DNA from: a virus
Reading direction: 5' to 3' (one strand)
IMG/VR virus record: IMGVR_UViG_3300025886_001957
Coordinates: 14,463-78,462 of that record
DNA length: 64,000 bases
Shown: piece by piece, positions 37,218-46,973 of the stretch
Layout: each line of letters starts with the position of its first letter
Position numbering within the stretch: position 1 is the stretch's first letter
The notes under the pieces: generated by a model
The model's input: the letters and a program-made list of their open reading frames with translations, nothing else
What the model was told of the DNA's origin: nothing
The model's database searches: none
Made by a program: the position numbers and the translations under genes

Positions 37218-37655
37218 TTATTCTAATCCTCGTTGTGTCCATTTTTTGTGAGATAAATTATGTTCTTCTGCCCACATAATAAACAACTCATGTTCTCTAT
37301 CATGTGCTTCAATCTCACTAGGTCTATCCCAGTAATCGCATCCTTGATTACTAGTTTGAGTTAATTCACCATGCTCATATTGTTTTACATGCACTAGCTC
37401 ATGGGCTAGTGTAGTTAGCATCTCTCGTAGACGTAAACTACGTTTTATATCAATCTCGTACTCGCCGTCGTCAAGTTGTACACACCCGCCAACTGATTGA
37501 TCGTTTGTTAGTCTACGAAAATTAATTTCAATCTCTGGATAGATGTTAAATTTACGACAAACAAAAATAGCCATACTTTCGGCATAATCGTATTGTGAAG
37601 TTGTAGCGCCATTAACTGTAATCATTATACTGTCTCTAATAGTTTCAACAAGCAT
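37218..37655 (-). CDS. Zincin-like metallopeptidase-motif protein
   Basis: LAHELVHVKQ HExxH motif; downstream PSEIEA. Confidence 0.65.
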   Translation of the reverse strand: MLVETIRDSIMITVNGATTSQYDYAESMAIFVCRKFNIYPEIEINFRRLTNDQSVGGCVQLDDGEYEIDIKRSLRLREMLTTLAHELVHVKQYEHGELTQTSNQGCDYWDRPSEIEAHDREHELFIMWAEEHNLSHKKWTQRGLE

Positions 37656-37684
37656 ACTATAGCAGAAACCATACTAGATGTCAA
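37656..37684 (-). promoter_or_regulatory. Sigma70-type promoter TTGACA-N17-TATAGT (start of the adjacent ORF is probably further downstream than 37655)
   Basis: Near-consensus boxes, 17-nt spacer. Confidence 0.7.
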
Positions 37685-37685
37685 T

Positions 37686-37904
37686 CTATAATCTAAAAGT
37701 TATTCGACCTTTATCTAAATCATAAGGCGTCATATCAAGTTTTACTCGATCACCTGCAACTAGTCTAATACGAAATTGTCGCATCTTGCCGCCTGTGTAG
37801 CATATCACATTATGTCCATTATCTAGTTCTACTTTGAATGTTTGGTTAGGCAGTACTTCTTTAATTTCACCTTCAACTTCTATAATATCACTATTCTTTG
37901 CCAT
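37686..37904 (-). CDS. infA: Translation initiation factor IF-1
   Basis: [30 protein letters not shown]...GDRV. Confidence 0.95.
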   Translation of the reverse strand: MAKNSDIIEVEGEIKEVLPNQTFKVELDNGHNVICYTGGKMRQFRIRLVAGDRVKLDMTPYDLDKGRITFRL

Positions 37905-38184
37905 CTACATCTTTCTTTGACATAGTAATAGAACCGTTGTCGTCTTGGGAGATTTTTATTATATCCCCGGGTACCCAATCCATTTTTTCTAATATCTCAG
38001 GTGGTATTGTCATTAAAATATTATCATCATCGCCATCTATATCTGAAAATATTTCATTAACATTATAATCTTTTATCAAGCTTGTTTCCTTTCTGCAAGT
38101 TAATGAAATATTTATCCGTTTGCATAAATAGTAGTGTAGAGCGTGAGGTGCGCAAAATAATATGCAACAATGGACACATGACAA
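37891..38184 (-). CDS. AbrB/MazE-like small protein (true start probably downstream of 38184)
   Basis: [22 protein letters not shown]. Confidence 0.55.
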   Translation of the reverse strand: MSCVHCCILFCAPHALHYYLCKRINISLTCRKETSLIKDYNVNEIFSDIDGDDDNILMTIPPEILEKMDWVPGDIIKISQDDNGSITMSKKDVDGKE

Positions 38185-38283
38185 AAAAAAGTGTAGCTTG
38201 ATTGCTGCATTACCTATTGGCTTTATTGTTGGGTTATTAATTGGAATAATGATTATAATATGTACATTGTACTAAGGAACTGA

Positions 38284-38562
38284 ATGAATTTTTTAAGTTT
38301 AGTAACAGATGTAGGATTTCCAATAGCAGGTGCTCTTGCTGCAGGCGGCTTTGTTTTTTTAACACTTAAATTTATATTAGCAGGCGTTACAGATTCAGTT
38401 ACTACACTTAAGAACATTATTGGAAGTTTAGATAACAGAGTACAAACTATGAATAATGATTTAGTAAAAATAGATGCTTTACTAAGTTATGCGTTAAATG
38501 TTAGGCCTAATATAGATAGGATAGCAGCAAATGAAGGGAAAGAAGATGCCAGACGTGACTGA
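38284..38562 (+). CDS. Small membrane protein with GFPI motif (holin-like, BhlA/YvrJ-type)
   Basis: VGFPIAG, TM segment, coiled coil. Confidence 0.6.
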   Translation: MNFLSLVTDVGFPIAGALAAGGFVFLTLKFILAGVTDSVTTLKNIIGSLDNRVQTMNNDLVKIDALLSYALNVRPNIDRIAANEGKEDARRD

Positions 38563-38740
38563 TAATAGAGGTAAACTTGAAGTAGCAGTAAGAATTTTAG
38601 GCAATGAACTTATAGCTATCGAAATGAATGTTGACGACTTTAAAATGAAATGGTTAGCTGTTGGTGTAATTGCTATTGTTGCACTAGGTTATGCAGCTAG
38701 TGTATTTGGCCCTGCATTAGTAAATATATTTGGTTCGTAG
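38531..38740 (+). CDS. Small membrane protein
   Basis: ORF track; C-terminal TM segment. Confidence 0.6.
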   Translation: MKGKKMPDVTDNRGKLEVAVRILGNELIAIEMNVDDFKMKWLAVGVIAIVALGYAASVFGPALVNIFGS

Positions 38741-38742
38741 AA

Positions 38743-39066
38743 ATGTACGAAATTGATCTTGCAAAAATAGTAAGTGATTACGGATTTCCAATAATAGCTG
38801 CTGTTGGCATGGGCTATTTTATATTCTTTATATGGAAGTGGGTTACTGAAACTATTGATCCTGTAATTGGCGAAACAATGGGTACATTAATTAGACTTGT
38901 TGATCGTGTACGCATGTTAGACAACGATCTAATTAGACTAAACAGTAAACTAAGTATGGTTTTAGAATATAGAGCAAAACTTAATCCACAACGTGAAGAC
39001 GAATTACAACGTCTAGTAGATGAATACAAACACTCTTCGGCAGAATTCGATAGTACTGGAAAATAA
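38743..39066 (+). CDS. Paralog of the 38284 GFPI membrane protein
   Basis: YGFPII...LVDRVRMLDNDLIRL aligns with LDNRVQTMNNDLVKI. Confidence 0.6.
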   Translation: MYEIDLAKIVSDYGFPIIAAVGMGYFIFFIWKWVTETIDPVIGETMGTLIRLVDRVRMLDNDLIRLNSKLSMVLEYRAKLNPQREDELQRLVDEYKHSSAEFDSTGK

Positions 39067-39089
39067 ATTTGTAATTTATAAATAATAAT

Positions 39090-39362
39090 ATGAGATATTA
39101 TTTAGGAAATTGTGAATATAAATGGTCGCATGTTAACACAAATTCAGAACCTTTATGGATACGTCGAGAGTTAGGCGAAGAACTTACTAAACAATGTAAT
39201 CAAGATGGATTTAATTTAGTTTATCTAAGAACCTGCAGTCAAACATTGCCCAGTGACATATATTGCCGTTGTGATATTTATGTAGACATTGATGAAGGTA
39301 GAGATCATACTGTGTTTGCTTTAAAATACGCAGACAAAATTGCGTTAGGAGAACCGCTATGA
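39090..39362 (+). CDS. Hypothetical protein
   Basis: ORF track; TATAAATA at 39077-39084. Confidence 0.6.
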   Translation: MRYYLGNCEYKWSHVNTNSEPLWIRRELGEELTKQCNQDGFNLVYLRTCSQTLPSDIYCRCDIYVDIDEGRDHTVFALKYADKIALGEPL

Positions 39363-39589
39363 TATGGATGGATTATAATATAACTCAAGCTGGTAGTAGT
39401 TTTAGAGTTGAAGGAGACTGGCCAGGCGAAGTTATGGGACTTGACAAACAAGGTAATCCTGGATTTAAAGATAATCCTTTATACAAACCTGGCGATGTGT
39501 TTATTGTAAATAATGGCGGATGGCTAGTTAAGACCGACGAAGTTAACGCATTATTATTAAAACACGAATCTACTTCGAAGTCGCAATAA
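39359..39589 (+). CDS. Hypothetical protein
   Basis: ORF track; ATGA overlap. Confidence 0.55.
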   Translation: MIWMDYNITQAGSSFRVEGDWPGEVMGLDKQGNPGFKDNPLYKPGDVFIVNNGGWLVKTDEVNALLLKHESTSKSQ

Positions 39590-41615
39590 ACACACCGTTC
39601 CAATCAGTAGGCAAGTCTTGTGTTTTTTGAAATTCGCAACGTTCTATCCACATGTTATAATATCCTTCTAACTTAGCATCAAAATGTCGCATAAGTTTAT
39701 TACACAAGTCAATTGCTTCGTCAAATTCTTGTAATCTATATGCTTGATGCATACGTTGATGCATCTCTTGGCTTTTGCGTTGCGCTGGAGTTTTTTGAAC
39801 ATCTAACACTGTCCATATTCCAATTCCTATAGTTTTGCCCTTGACTGCTAAGTCATCTATTTTTAAATAGAAAAAGTCATTTTTAGTTTGCTGATATGTA
39901 GCATCACCAACAAGCAGGACACATCCATATTCTTTACATTTACTTTCTATTCGTGCTGCTGTTGAAACAGAATCTCCGAGGACGTCATAACTGTGTCGCT
40001 GTGTACTTCCCATCTCGCCCAAATAACCAAGACCAGTATTAATGCCAGCCCCCATACCAACGGGTGGCCTACCTTCTGCTGTAATTTTCTCATTAAATAA
40101 CTCCACTGCTTTAAGCATGTCAAGACCGCATTGTACTGCGGTTTTTGGATGTTCAGGATCATCTATAGGTGCATTGTGTATGTGCATACTAGCATCACCA
40201 ATGTACTTAATTATCATTCCATCCATATCTAATACTGGTTGCGTAATTGCATCCATGTATGAGTTCATAACCTTTGTTAGTCCTTTTACATCGTCGCCAA
40301 ATGATTCACCTAATGGAGTGAAGCCACGTAAATCACTGAACACAATGCTAACTTCTTTCTTCATACCTTCTTTGATTAGTGCAGGATTTTCCTGTAGCAT
40401 ACGCACCACTGTTGGTGATGCATATCCTGCAAACTGTTTTTTAATTTCTTGTTTTTGTAAAAACTCATCTAAGAACTTAGGTATATATCTTGCTAGTCCT
40501 ACCGTAATTAAAAACACAGCAGGAATAAATCCATCAATCAATATCAGGTGCTCAGAAAACATCCAGTAACTAAATCCTATGCTGCTGCCCACGGACACTA
40601 CAAAGAAGGCTATACCTATGTATGTCCAACGAGCTATTAATATCATTGCAATTCCTACAATAATAAATGCAGCGATTTCACCCCAAGCCTTTGCATCAGG
40701 ATGTCTTACTATATTAGATTCGTTAAAAACTGTACCTAATAGTGTAGCTTGTAATTCGTGTGGAAATATACTTCCTTTAGCTGTAGCAATTGGTTGTGTA
40801 ATACCAGCAGCGGTAGGACCTACAAATACTACAGCACCAGCGAAATCATCAGGTAACTCTACAGCACTTGCTTTTATATTTTGTTGACTCCAATCAATCC
40901 ATACTCTTCCAACTGTATCTGTTTGTAGGAATCCAAATTGTGGTATACGTAGTTTATCTACTCCTAACTCATTTAGTTTAATTTGGAAGCTAGGATCACC
41001 TGCTAGTACACGTAGTACTTCCATTGTTACATTTGGATATAGCGTGCCGTTTGATTCTAGTATTAACGGAGCTCTGCGTGTTACTCCATCAATTTCGGCA
41101 AATGTATTTGTTATACCACTACCATATGCATTATTTTCAATAGTCGGAACGTTTGCAATAATACCCGGAGCATTAGGAATCATGTGCATGTATTCTGGAT
41201 TTATAATTGCTGCACCTGGATTAATTGGAGTATTTTTATCTTTTGTAGAACCTAGCATTGTTACTATCACAGGGTAGTTCTGCATGGTTAATGCAAGTAC
41301 ATCATCTTGAGATGATCTATCATTCTCTGACATTAACACATTAAACACCACAAGTCCAGCGCCTCTGGCATATAAATCCTCTATAAGGCTAGCATAATCG
41401 CCTCTTGGCCATGGCCATTGACCACGTGCCTCTAAACTTGGTTCATCGATGTTTACTGTGTAAATGTTATTTTGTACAGAAGTTTGATTTATAATTAATG
41501 TATCAAAATATTTTAATCGAATACTTTCTAAAAAATTAGGATTTGATAGATATACATAACTTAATACACATAATAATAATACACTCCAGACAGACGAAAA
41601 GATAATTTTATGCAT
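39570..41615 (-). CDS. CHASE2-domain class III adenylate cyclase
   Basis: N-terminal TM, CHASE2 (IDEPSL...GQWPWPR, DGVTRR), 3 TMs, FSDLRGFT, KYIGD, YDVLGDSVSTAARIES. Confidence 0.92.
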   Translation of the reverse strand: MHKIIFSSVWSVLLLCVLSYVYLSNPNFLESIRLKYFDTLIINQTSVQNNIYTVNIDEPSLEARGQWPWPRGDYASLIEDLYARGAGLVVFNVLMSENDRSSQDDVLALTMQNYPVIVTMLGSTKDKNTPINPGAAIINPEYMHMIPNAPGIIANVPTIENNAYGSGITNTFAEIDGVTRRAPLILESNGTLYPNVTMEVLRVLAGDPSFQIKLNELGVDKLRIPQFGFLQTDTVGRVWIDWSQQNIKASAVELPDDFAGAVVFVGPTAAGITQPIATAKGSIFPHELQATLLGTVFNESNIVRHPDAKAWGEIAAFIIVGIAMILIARWTYIGIAFFVVSVGSSIGFSYWMFSEHLILIDGFIPAVFLITVGLARYIPKFLDEFLQKQEIKKQFAGYASPTVVRMLQENPALIKEGMKKEVSIVFSDLRGFTPLGESFGDDVKGLTKVMNSYMDAITQPVLDMDGMIIKYIGDASMHIHNAPIDDPEHPKTAVQCGLDMLKAVELFNEKITAEGRPPVGMGAGINTGLGYLGEMGSTQRHSYDVLGDSVSTAARIESKCKEYGCVLLVGDATYQQTKNDFFYLKIDDLAVKGKTIGIGIWTVLDVQKTPAQRKSQEMHQRMHQAYRLQEFDEAIDLCNKLMRHFDAKLEGYYNMWIERCEFQKTQDLPTDWNGVFIATSK

Positions 41616-41631
41616 ATTAACTTCCTTTTAG

Positions 41632-41829
41632 TTATTCATTTTGTATATTAATTGGAACGCAATACGCCCATGTCCTAAATTCTATTGGTGCAGATGAATA
41701 CGTACTCTGTTTACTTATCTCTTTGGCAACATGTATACATTCAGAAATATTATTGTAGTGTGTATCATTACTAATTTTTGTTGGGTTTGACATTCCTATC
41801 ATTACTACTAATAAAAATACAGATTTCAT
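41632..41829 (-). CDS. Small secreted protein with two Cys
   Basis: ORF track; hydrophobic N-terminus. Confidence 0.55.
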   Translation of the reverse strand: MKSVFLLVVMIGMSNPTKISNDTHYNNISECIHVAKEISKQSTYSSAPIEFRTWAYCVPINIQNE

Positions 41830-41830
41830 G

Positions 41831-42313
41831 TTACCACTTTCCAGTTCCTACTCCGATTATAAACACAATTGCTCCTAGTGCTGTTGCTGCCAAGACTGCT
41901 AATACAACAATTGCAAGAGTATCAAGAAATGCTTTCCTTTGTTGTTCTTGCTTATACACAGTTGCTTCACGTTGCTTTCGAATCTTGCGGCGCATTTCTT
42001 TAAGTTCTTCCATAGTGCCCCAGCCAAATCGATAGTTTAATAAGGTTGCAAGTTCTTTTTCTTGTTCCATTAATTTCTTTTCATGTATTAGTAGATTAAA
42101 AGCTTCTTCTTCGACACTACGAGACTGTAATATTTTTTTAAAGATAGGAGGTTTTTTTTGAGACGTTTGCGCATAGCGAAAGTCAGCTGATGCTGTATAC
42201 CATTTGCCTAATTGCTTTGCTACGTTCTCAAAATCTTGCCCTGCATTTACAAATTTTTTAACAGTACTAAACGCTACTGTAGCAGCAGATATTGCTGAAA
42301 TTGGATCTATCAT
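41831..42313 (-). CDS. Hypothetical membrane-anchored protein
   Basis: MIDPISAI N-terminus, C-terminal TM segment. Confidence 0.65.
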   Translation of the reverse strand: MIDPISAISAATVAFSTVKKFVNAGQDFENVAKQLGKWYTASADFRYAQTSQKKPPIFKKILQSRSVEEEAFNLLIHEKKLMEQEKELATLLNYRFGWGTMEELKEMRRKIRKQREATVYKQEQQRKAFLDTLAIVVLAVLAATALGAIVFIIGVGTGKW

Positions 42314-42335
42314 GTTTTTCCCTCAACAGTATTTA

Positions 42336-42686
42336 TTATTTTCCTATAGGTATTTCAACGCCTATAACAATACCAGTTTTTATATTGCCTGTCCTATTAC
42401 GTTCGTATGCTGGCGCTATAAACATTTTTAAATTTTCTGTATTATATATGACTCTTATATATGGAGAAACTTTATCAAATGTTGTATATCCTGTTACACC
42501 TCCAATTTCAAAACTAAAGTTTTCACCAGTTGGTATATTAATTCCTCCATACCAGCTTAATCTATTAATACTATTATAATATACACCACTTATTGTACTA
42601 CCTTCTAAAAATCGAATATGTGGATGTATGCTATTATATTCGTTAGTTACTCCTAAGTGTGTGCTAAGTGCTAGTCCTAAAATCAT
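42336..42686 (-). CDS. Small outer-membrane beta-barrel-like protein
   Basis: Alternating aromatic/Gly beta-strand pattern. Confidence 0.45.
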   Translation of the reverse strand: MILGLALSTHLGVTNEYNSIHPHIRFLEGSTISGVYYNSINRLSWYGGINIPTGENFSFEIGGVTGYTTFDKVSPYIRVIYNTENLKMFIAPAYERNRTGNIKTGIVIGVEIPIGK

Positions 42687-42698
42687 TTGTAATACCCT

Positions 42699-43886
42699 TT
42701 AATTTTGTAATATCGAAACAGAACAACCTGCTGTATTTGTACAACTTCCAGTAAGACTGTATGTTTGAGCAGTACTACTATTCTGTTCAGTAGTTACACT
42801 ATATGCGCCACCCCCATTGGTTACATTAATTTCCATATTATGTGCGCCGTTGCCGTGTTGCAATGCATCAACTGTATGCCCGTCTCCTGTTACTAGTACA
42901 TCGGCAAATAAACTGTTAGAACTCTTCTGTGTTAACTCAATGTTATTATTGTCGCCGGTTACTTCAATAAATCCCTGGTGCTGTCCATTTTTACGTTGTT
43001 CATGTAATATATCATTATTATCACCTGTAACAATGTTTGCCAAATGTTTTGAACCACTACAGCAACTAGTTTTTTGATCTGTTTGAGTATGTTTATAAAC
43101 ATTATTATCACCTGTAACTGTTACGTATGCTTCGTGATCGCCGCCTTCGATTGTATCAACTGTGCCGCTGCCGTATTTTCCTTGCCAACTTATTACACTG
43201 TTATTACCTCCAATAACAACTCCACGTAGAAAATTACTTTCGCCGTCACCGCCCTGATATACATCAATAGTATTATCATCTCCGATTAGCATACCTTCAA
43301 ATTGTTCGTATTGTGAACCATTTTGTGTAACTGTAAGAGTATTACGATCGCCAGTAATAGGTGTGCTGTCTATGCCACTAGTACTATGATTATTACCATC
43401 TTGATCAATTGTAATAGTGTTATCATCGCCGTTAACTTCTACATATGCTTCGTTATCATCTCCGTCTTGTGAAACTGTAATAGTTTGATCATAGTCGCCG
43501 CCATTGCCTAGCTCGGCATATACTGTATTGTCATCGCCGGTTTGTGTTAAAATAATCTTTGCATTATTACCGTGACTATCTGCCACAGCAATATTTCTAT
43601 CACCAGTTTGACTAATTGTTTGCTGTCCATTCCCGGCACTTTGATATAATCCTATACTATTATTATCACCTGTTTGTGTGTAAGAATTATCTTGATTATT
43701 TCCATGTAGTGTAGCTTTAGCTGTGCTACTATGAAGATGACTTATAGTATTATCTTGGCCATCTTGATCTATAGTCAAGTTGGTATTATTTCCAACTTGC
43801 TTAATATAGATATCATTTGCATAACTACCACTCGCGTTGAATAATAGTAATACTATTGCCAGTGGTTGTACCCAACCTATAATCAT
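42699..43886 (-). CDS. Long curlin-repeat protein (CsgA/CsgB-like); probable start 43886, ORF track extends to 43970
   Basis: Signal peptide and many QxGxxN / GDxN repeats (QTGDNNS, QTGDRNI, QDGDDNE). Confidence 0.8.
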   Translation of the reverse strand: MIIGWVQPLAIVLLLFNASGSYANDIYIKQVGNNTNLTIDQDGQDNTISHLHSSTAKATLHGNNQDNSYTQTGDNNSIGLYQSAGNGQQTISQTGDRNIAVADSHGNNAKIILTQTGDDNTVYAELGNGGDYDQTITVSQDGDDNEAYVEVNGDDNTITIDQDGNNHSTSGIDSTPITGDRNTLTVTQNGSQYEQFEGMLIGDDNTIDVYQGGDGESNFLRGVVIGGNNSVISWQGKYGSGTVDTIEGGDHEAYVTVTGDNNVYKHTQTDQKTSCCSGSKHLANIVTGDNNDILHEQRKNGQHQGFIEVTGDNNNIELTQKSSNSLFADVLVTGDGHTVDALQHGNGAHNMEINVTNGGGAYSVTTEQNSSTAQTYSLTGSCTNTAGCSVSILQN

Positions 43887-44967
43887 AGTATTCAAAGTCT
43901 TGTTGCTCCATGTCGATCGTATATCCATAGTTTTGATCAAGTCGTAATCTAAAATAATTATCGCTTCCATTATCCTCTCGACTAATCTCCCAACTACCTT
44001 CCCATTCTTCTAATTGTATTCCTGTTGTTAAATCTATGCCGGTTTGGTATTGCTTAAAAAATAAAGAATTTTGTATATCTAATTCATTACTAAGTCTAGC
44101 CATAAGTGCTGCATTTAGTGCATCAAGCATATCATATAGTACATCGGCAAAAATGTAATCTGTTTCATCAAGCTGTGTTGACCAAATTCCGTCAATACTG
44201 TCTTGAAGTGCATCAGCATCTAACCCATCAAATTCTAGCATATCGATACCTAAGAAATCATATTGTGCTCTTGCTTTTCTTAGGATTTCAGCTTCTTCGT
44301 CTTCGTAAGGAGTGCGCTTTCTTAGAATTAATAACTGTGTAAGATTTTGTTCTTCTATATCAAGTATAAGAGGTTTTGATGGCGGTTGATTGCTAGTGCT
44401 AGTCATAGTTGTTTGAAAAGATTGATTCATAATAACTATACCTGCATCAGTCTCAACTTCTATTTCTCCTGTATAACATACTCCTTGATCATTGCAACTC
44501 GGTAGTAAGGTTATCATTGATCCTCCAAGTTCGTCAACTACCATTGCAAAATCTGTGCCGCGGACATTAATAGTTGCACTTGGCGTTCTTATATTAACAT
44601 TTTGTCTAAAGTTTTTAGCAATTTGGCCACTAGCATATCTAATTCCTCCAAGGCTTGCTTTAATACTTAATTTACCTATTCCGTTAGCTGGGTCGTATAC
44701 AAATTCATCAATTAATAGTCGACTATGTTCTGTTAAATCAACCCTAGTATCATCAATAAAATCAATTTGCATAGTACCTCGTGCTGTTACAGCAGTGTCA
44801 AGGCTTTGTACACCAATTCCTTTATCGCCAACTACTACGTCATTGCCTCTTTCAAGAACTCCTGACCCTTGTATTTTCCCAATTTGTCCAGCAGAATCAA
44901 CAGCAGCAAATGCTATCGAGGTTAGACAACCTAAGTTAATCAGACTGATTAATATTAACTGAACCAT
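43825..44967 (-). CDS. Secreted FecR-domain protein
   Basis: Signal peptide; FIDDTRVDLTEHSRL, IRTPSATINVRGTDF. Confidence 0.8.
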   Translation of the reverse strand: MVQLILISLINLGCLTSIAFAAVDSAGQIGKIQGSGVLERGNDVVVGDKGIGVQSLDTAVTARGTMQIDFIDDTRVDLTEHSRLLIDEFVYDPANGIGKLSIKASLGGIRYASGQIAKNFRQNVNIRTPSATINVRGTDFAMVVDELGGSMITLLPSCNDQGVCYTGEIEVETDAGIVIMNQSFQTTMTSTSNQPPSKPLILDIEEQNLTQLLILRKRTPYEDEEAEILRKARAQYDFLGIDMLEFDGLDADALQDSIDGIWSTQLDETDYIFADVLYDMLDALNAALMARLSNELDIQNSLFFKQYQTGIDLTTGIQLEEWEGSWEISREDNGSDNYFRLRLDQNYGYTIDMEQQDFEYYDYRLGTTTGNSITIIQREW

Positions 44968-45682
44968 CGTCGCCTGTCATTTCTAAATTTACTTTGTTGT
45001 CATTTATTCCACTTTGTGTTATGTCAATTAGATTGCCGCCTCCTGTGATATCTAATGTAACTGCATGTCCTCCGCTGTCTCCATCGCCACTAATGTCTAT
45101 ATCAATTAAGTTTCCACCGGCGTCGGTACTATTACCTGATGCTACGTCATTTAGAGTAGTTGAACTAGATGTACTACTATTATCTACAGTAACAGTAACG
45201 TCTGCATTAGTCCCGTCTACTTCGGCTTGTATAACATTTCCATCGCCGTCAATTGTAAATGCTGCTACTAAATTTTGTGCATCATTTGTTTCACCAGCAA
45301 AAATATCAAATGTATTATCATCGCCAGTTGTTGTAATGTTAACAGTCACATTATCACAATTAACACCGTTGGTTGAATCACATTTCATATCAACGTTGTT
45401 TGAATCTCCAGTAAATGTCCATGTTCCTGTGTAGGTGCTACCATCAATAATTGCATCTATTTTATTTGTATCACCAGTTTGTGTAATTGCAAAAGTCATT
45501 GAATCGCCAGAGAGCATGGCATCTTTTGTGCTATCGCCAATTTCATTATTTTGCCCATCTTGTATTATATCTAAATCTAATGTGTCGCCAACTTGTTCGA
45601 TATAAATTTCATTTGCTAACAAACTTGATCCAAATAATATTAAAGTAGCAATTATTATTATTTTTATTTTCATTGCCCTCAC
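44936..45682 (-). CDS. Curlin-repeat protein (CsgB-like)
   Basis: Signal peptide; NEIYIEQVG, QDGQNNEI, QTGDTNKI, QSGINDNKV. Confidence 0.78.
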   Translation of the reverse strand: MRAMKIKIIIIATLILFGSSLLANEIYIEQVGDTLDLDIIQDGQNNEIGDSTKDAMLSGDSMTFAITQTGDTNKIDAIIDGSTYTGTWTFTGDSNNVDMKCDSTNGVNCDNVTVNITTTGDDNTFDIFAGETNDAQNLVAAFTIDGDGNVIQAEVDGTNADVTVTVDNSSTSSSTTLNDVASGNSTDAGGNLIDIDISGDGDSGGHAVTLDITGGGNLIDITQSGINDNKVNLEMTGDDGSVNINQSD

Positions 45683-46488
45683 CTAAACTCTTTAAATTTC
45701 CAAAGACCCTTTCTTTCGCCCTCGTACACCATTTCAACTACTCCGGCCTCAATAGCTGCTCTTACAGCATAATTTACTGGTTCGTTAATTGACCATCCAA
45801 TTTCGCTTTCAACTGCTTTAGTTCCCATATCAAAAAACTTAAAAACATCAGTTCCTGAACGATAGCTAGCAATAGTTTTTTCAGTTGCTACACTAAATAG
45901 TACCCTTCCTGTACTAACACTTACTATTCTCATTACTACAGTTACATAGTCAATTCTATATTCATCTTGCAACCCTAGTCCTAAGTAACGTGCTCCAACT
46001 CCTCCAGTTGAAACATTACTATCATAACCAACAATACCGCCTTCCAGTAAAAGTCCTGCAAACAACATTGGCTTAAGGGCAGTTGGACCATGTGGTTTTT
46101 CTTTTTCATATGTATCTCTTGTGTTTCTTATTAGTTGTCGTTCTTTAATCAAATGCTCCATGCCAACACGCTCTACAACTTCAAACCAAGTTCCATTTCC
46201 GACTTCCTGTAATGCTTTAATTACCCATACTTCGGATCCTTGTGTAACTGCACTACTAAGATTTGCTATCTTGTCTGCAGGTTTACGCTGACCCGTTTTA
46301 TCTAAAAAATTATAAACAGCAATAGTCATCTTTTTAGCATCAAGTTCAGGCACGGCATCTAGACGTATCTGCTCAGGTGCCGTTTGTATTCTTGCTGGAC
46401 CTACTGACTTTTTGATATCTTGAGATTTCTGCCATCCAGTACAACTTGTTAGAATACACACAACCAATATTAATATTATATTTTTCAA
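45679..46488 (-). CDS. csgG: Curli secretion channel lipoprotein CsgG
   Basis: Lipobox LTSC; DKTGQRKP, SSAVTQG, LLEGGIVGYD, VSVSTGRV. Confidence 0.92.
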   Translation of the reverse strand: MKNIILILVVCILTSCTGWQKSQDIKKSVGPARIQTAPEQIRLDAVPELDAKKMTIAVYNFLDKTGQRKPADKIANLSSAVTQGSEVWVIKALQEVGNGTWFEVVERVGMEHLIKERQLIRNTRDTYEKEKPHGPTALKPMLFAGLLLEGGIVGYDSNVSTGGVGARYLGLGLQDEYRIDYVTVVMRIVSVSTGRVLFSVATEKTIASYRSGTDVFKFFDMGTKAVESEIGWSINEPVNYAVRAAIEAGVVEMVYEGERKGLWKFKEFR

Positions 46489-46961
46489 AATGCAAACTCT
46501 CCACTGCCCGGAATATTAATTTCAGTATATCCATCATCGCCATCTACAATAATTGTAATTTCACCAGTATCAGGATTTTTAGCCCAGGTTATTTCAGCAC
46601 CTTCAATATTGGCACTCCCGCTATCAGGTGGAACACATTCAGTGTCGTCAGCCTCGCATGTAGCAAACATAGCATCAACAAGTTGCTTGCTCATTGTAGC
46701 ATATATTCTACTTTCAAGATTACGCATAAATTTTGTAAGTATTGAACTATCGCCTTCTCGTTCTAATGCTCTGTTAGCTGCTTCAGCATCTTTACGACGA
46801 TCTTCTCGTCTATTGTACTGTAGTTGTTCTACGCTTAATACATGAGTTGAATATCCATTTCCATAGTGAAATGCTGGGCTTTTAAATCCCCATCCTAGCT
46901 CACTTGAATATGTTACTGATCCTATAAAGATTAGTATAATAATTAATATTGGTAGCTTCAT
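46485..46961 (-). CDS. csgF: Curli assembly component CsgF
   Basis: Signal peptide then ELGWGFKSPAF; FMRNLESRIYATMSKQL. Confidence 0.8.
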   Translation of the reverse strand: MKLPILIIILIFIGSVTYSSELGWGFKSPAFHYGNGYSTHVLSVEQLQYNRREDRRKDAEAANRALEREGDSSILTKFMRNLESRIYATMSKQLVDAMFATCEADDTECVPPDSGSANIEGAEITWAKNPDTGEITIIVDGDDGYTEINIPGSGEFAF

Positions 46962-46973
46962 GCTAATATTTAG

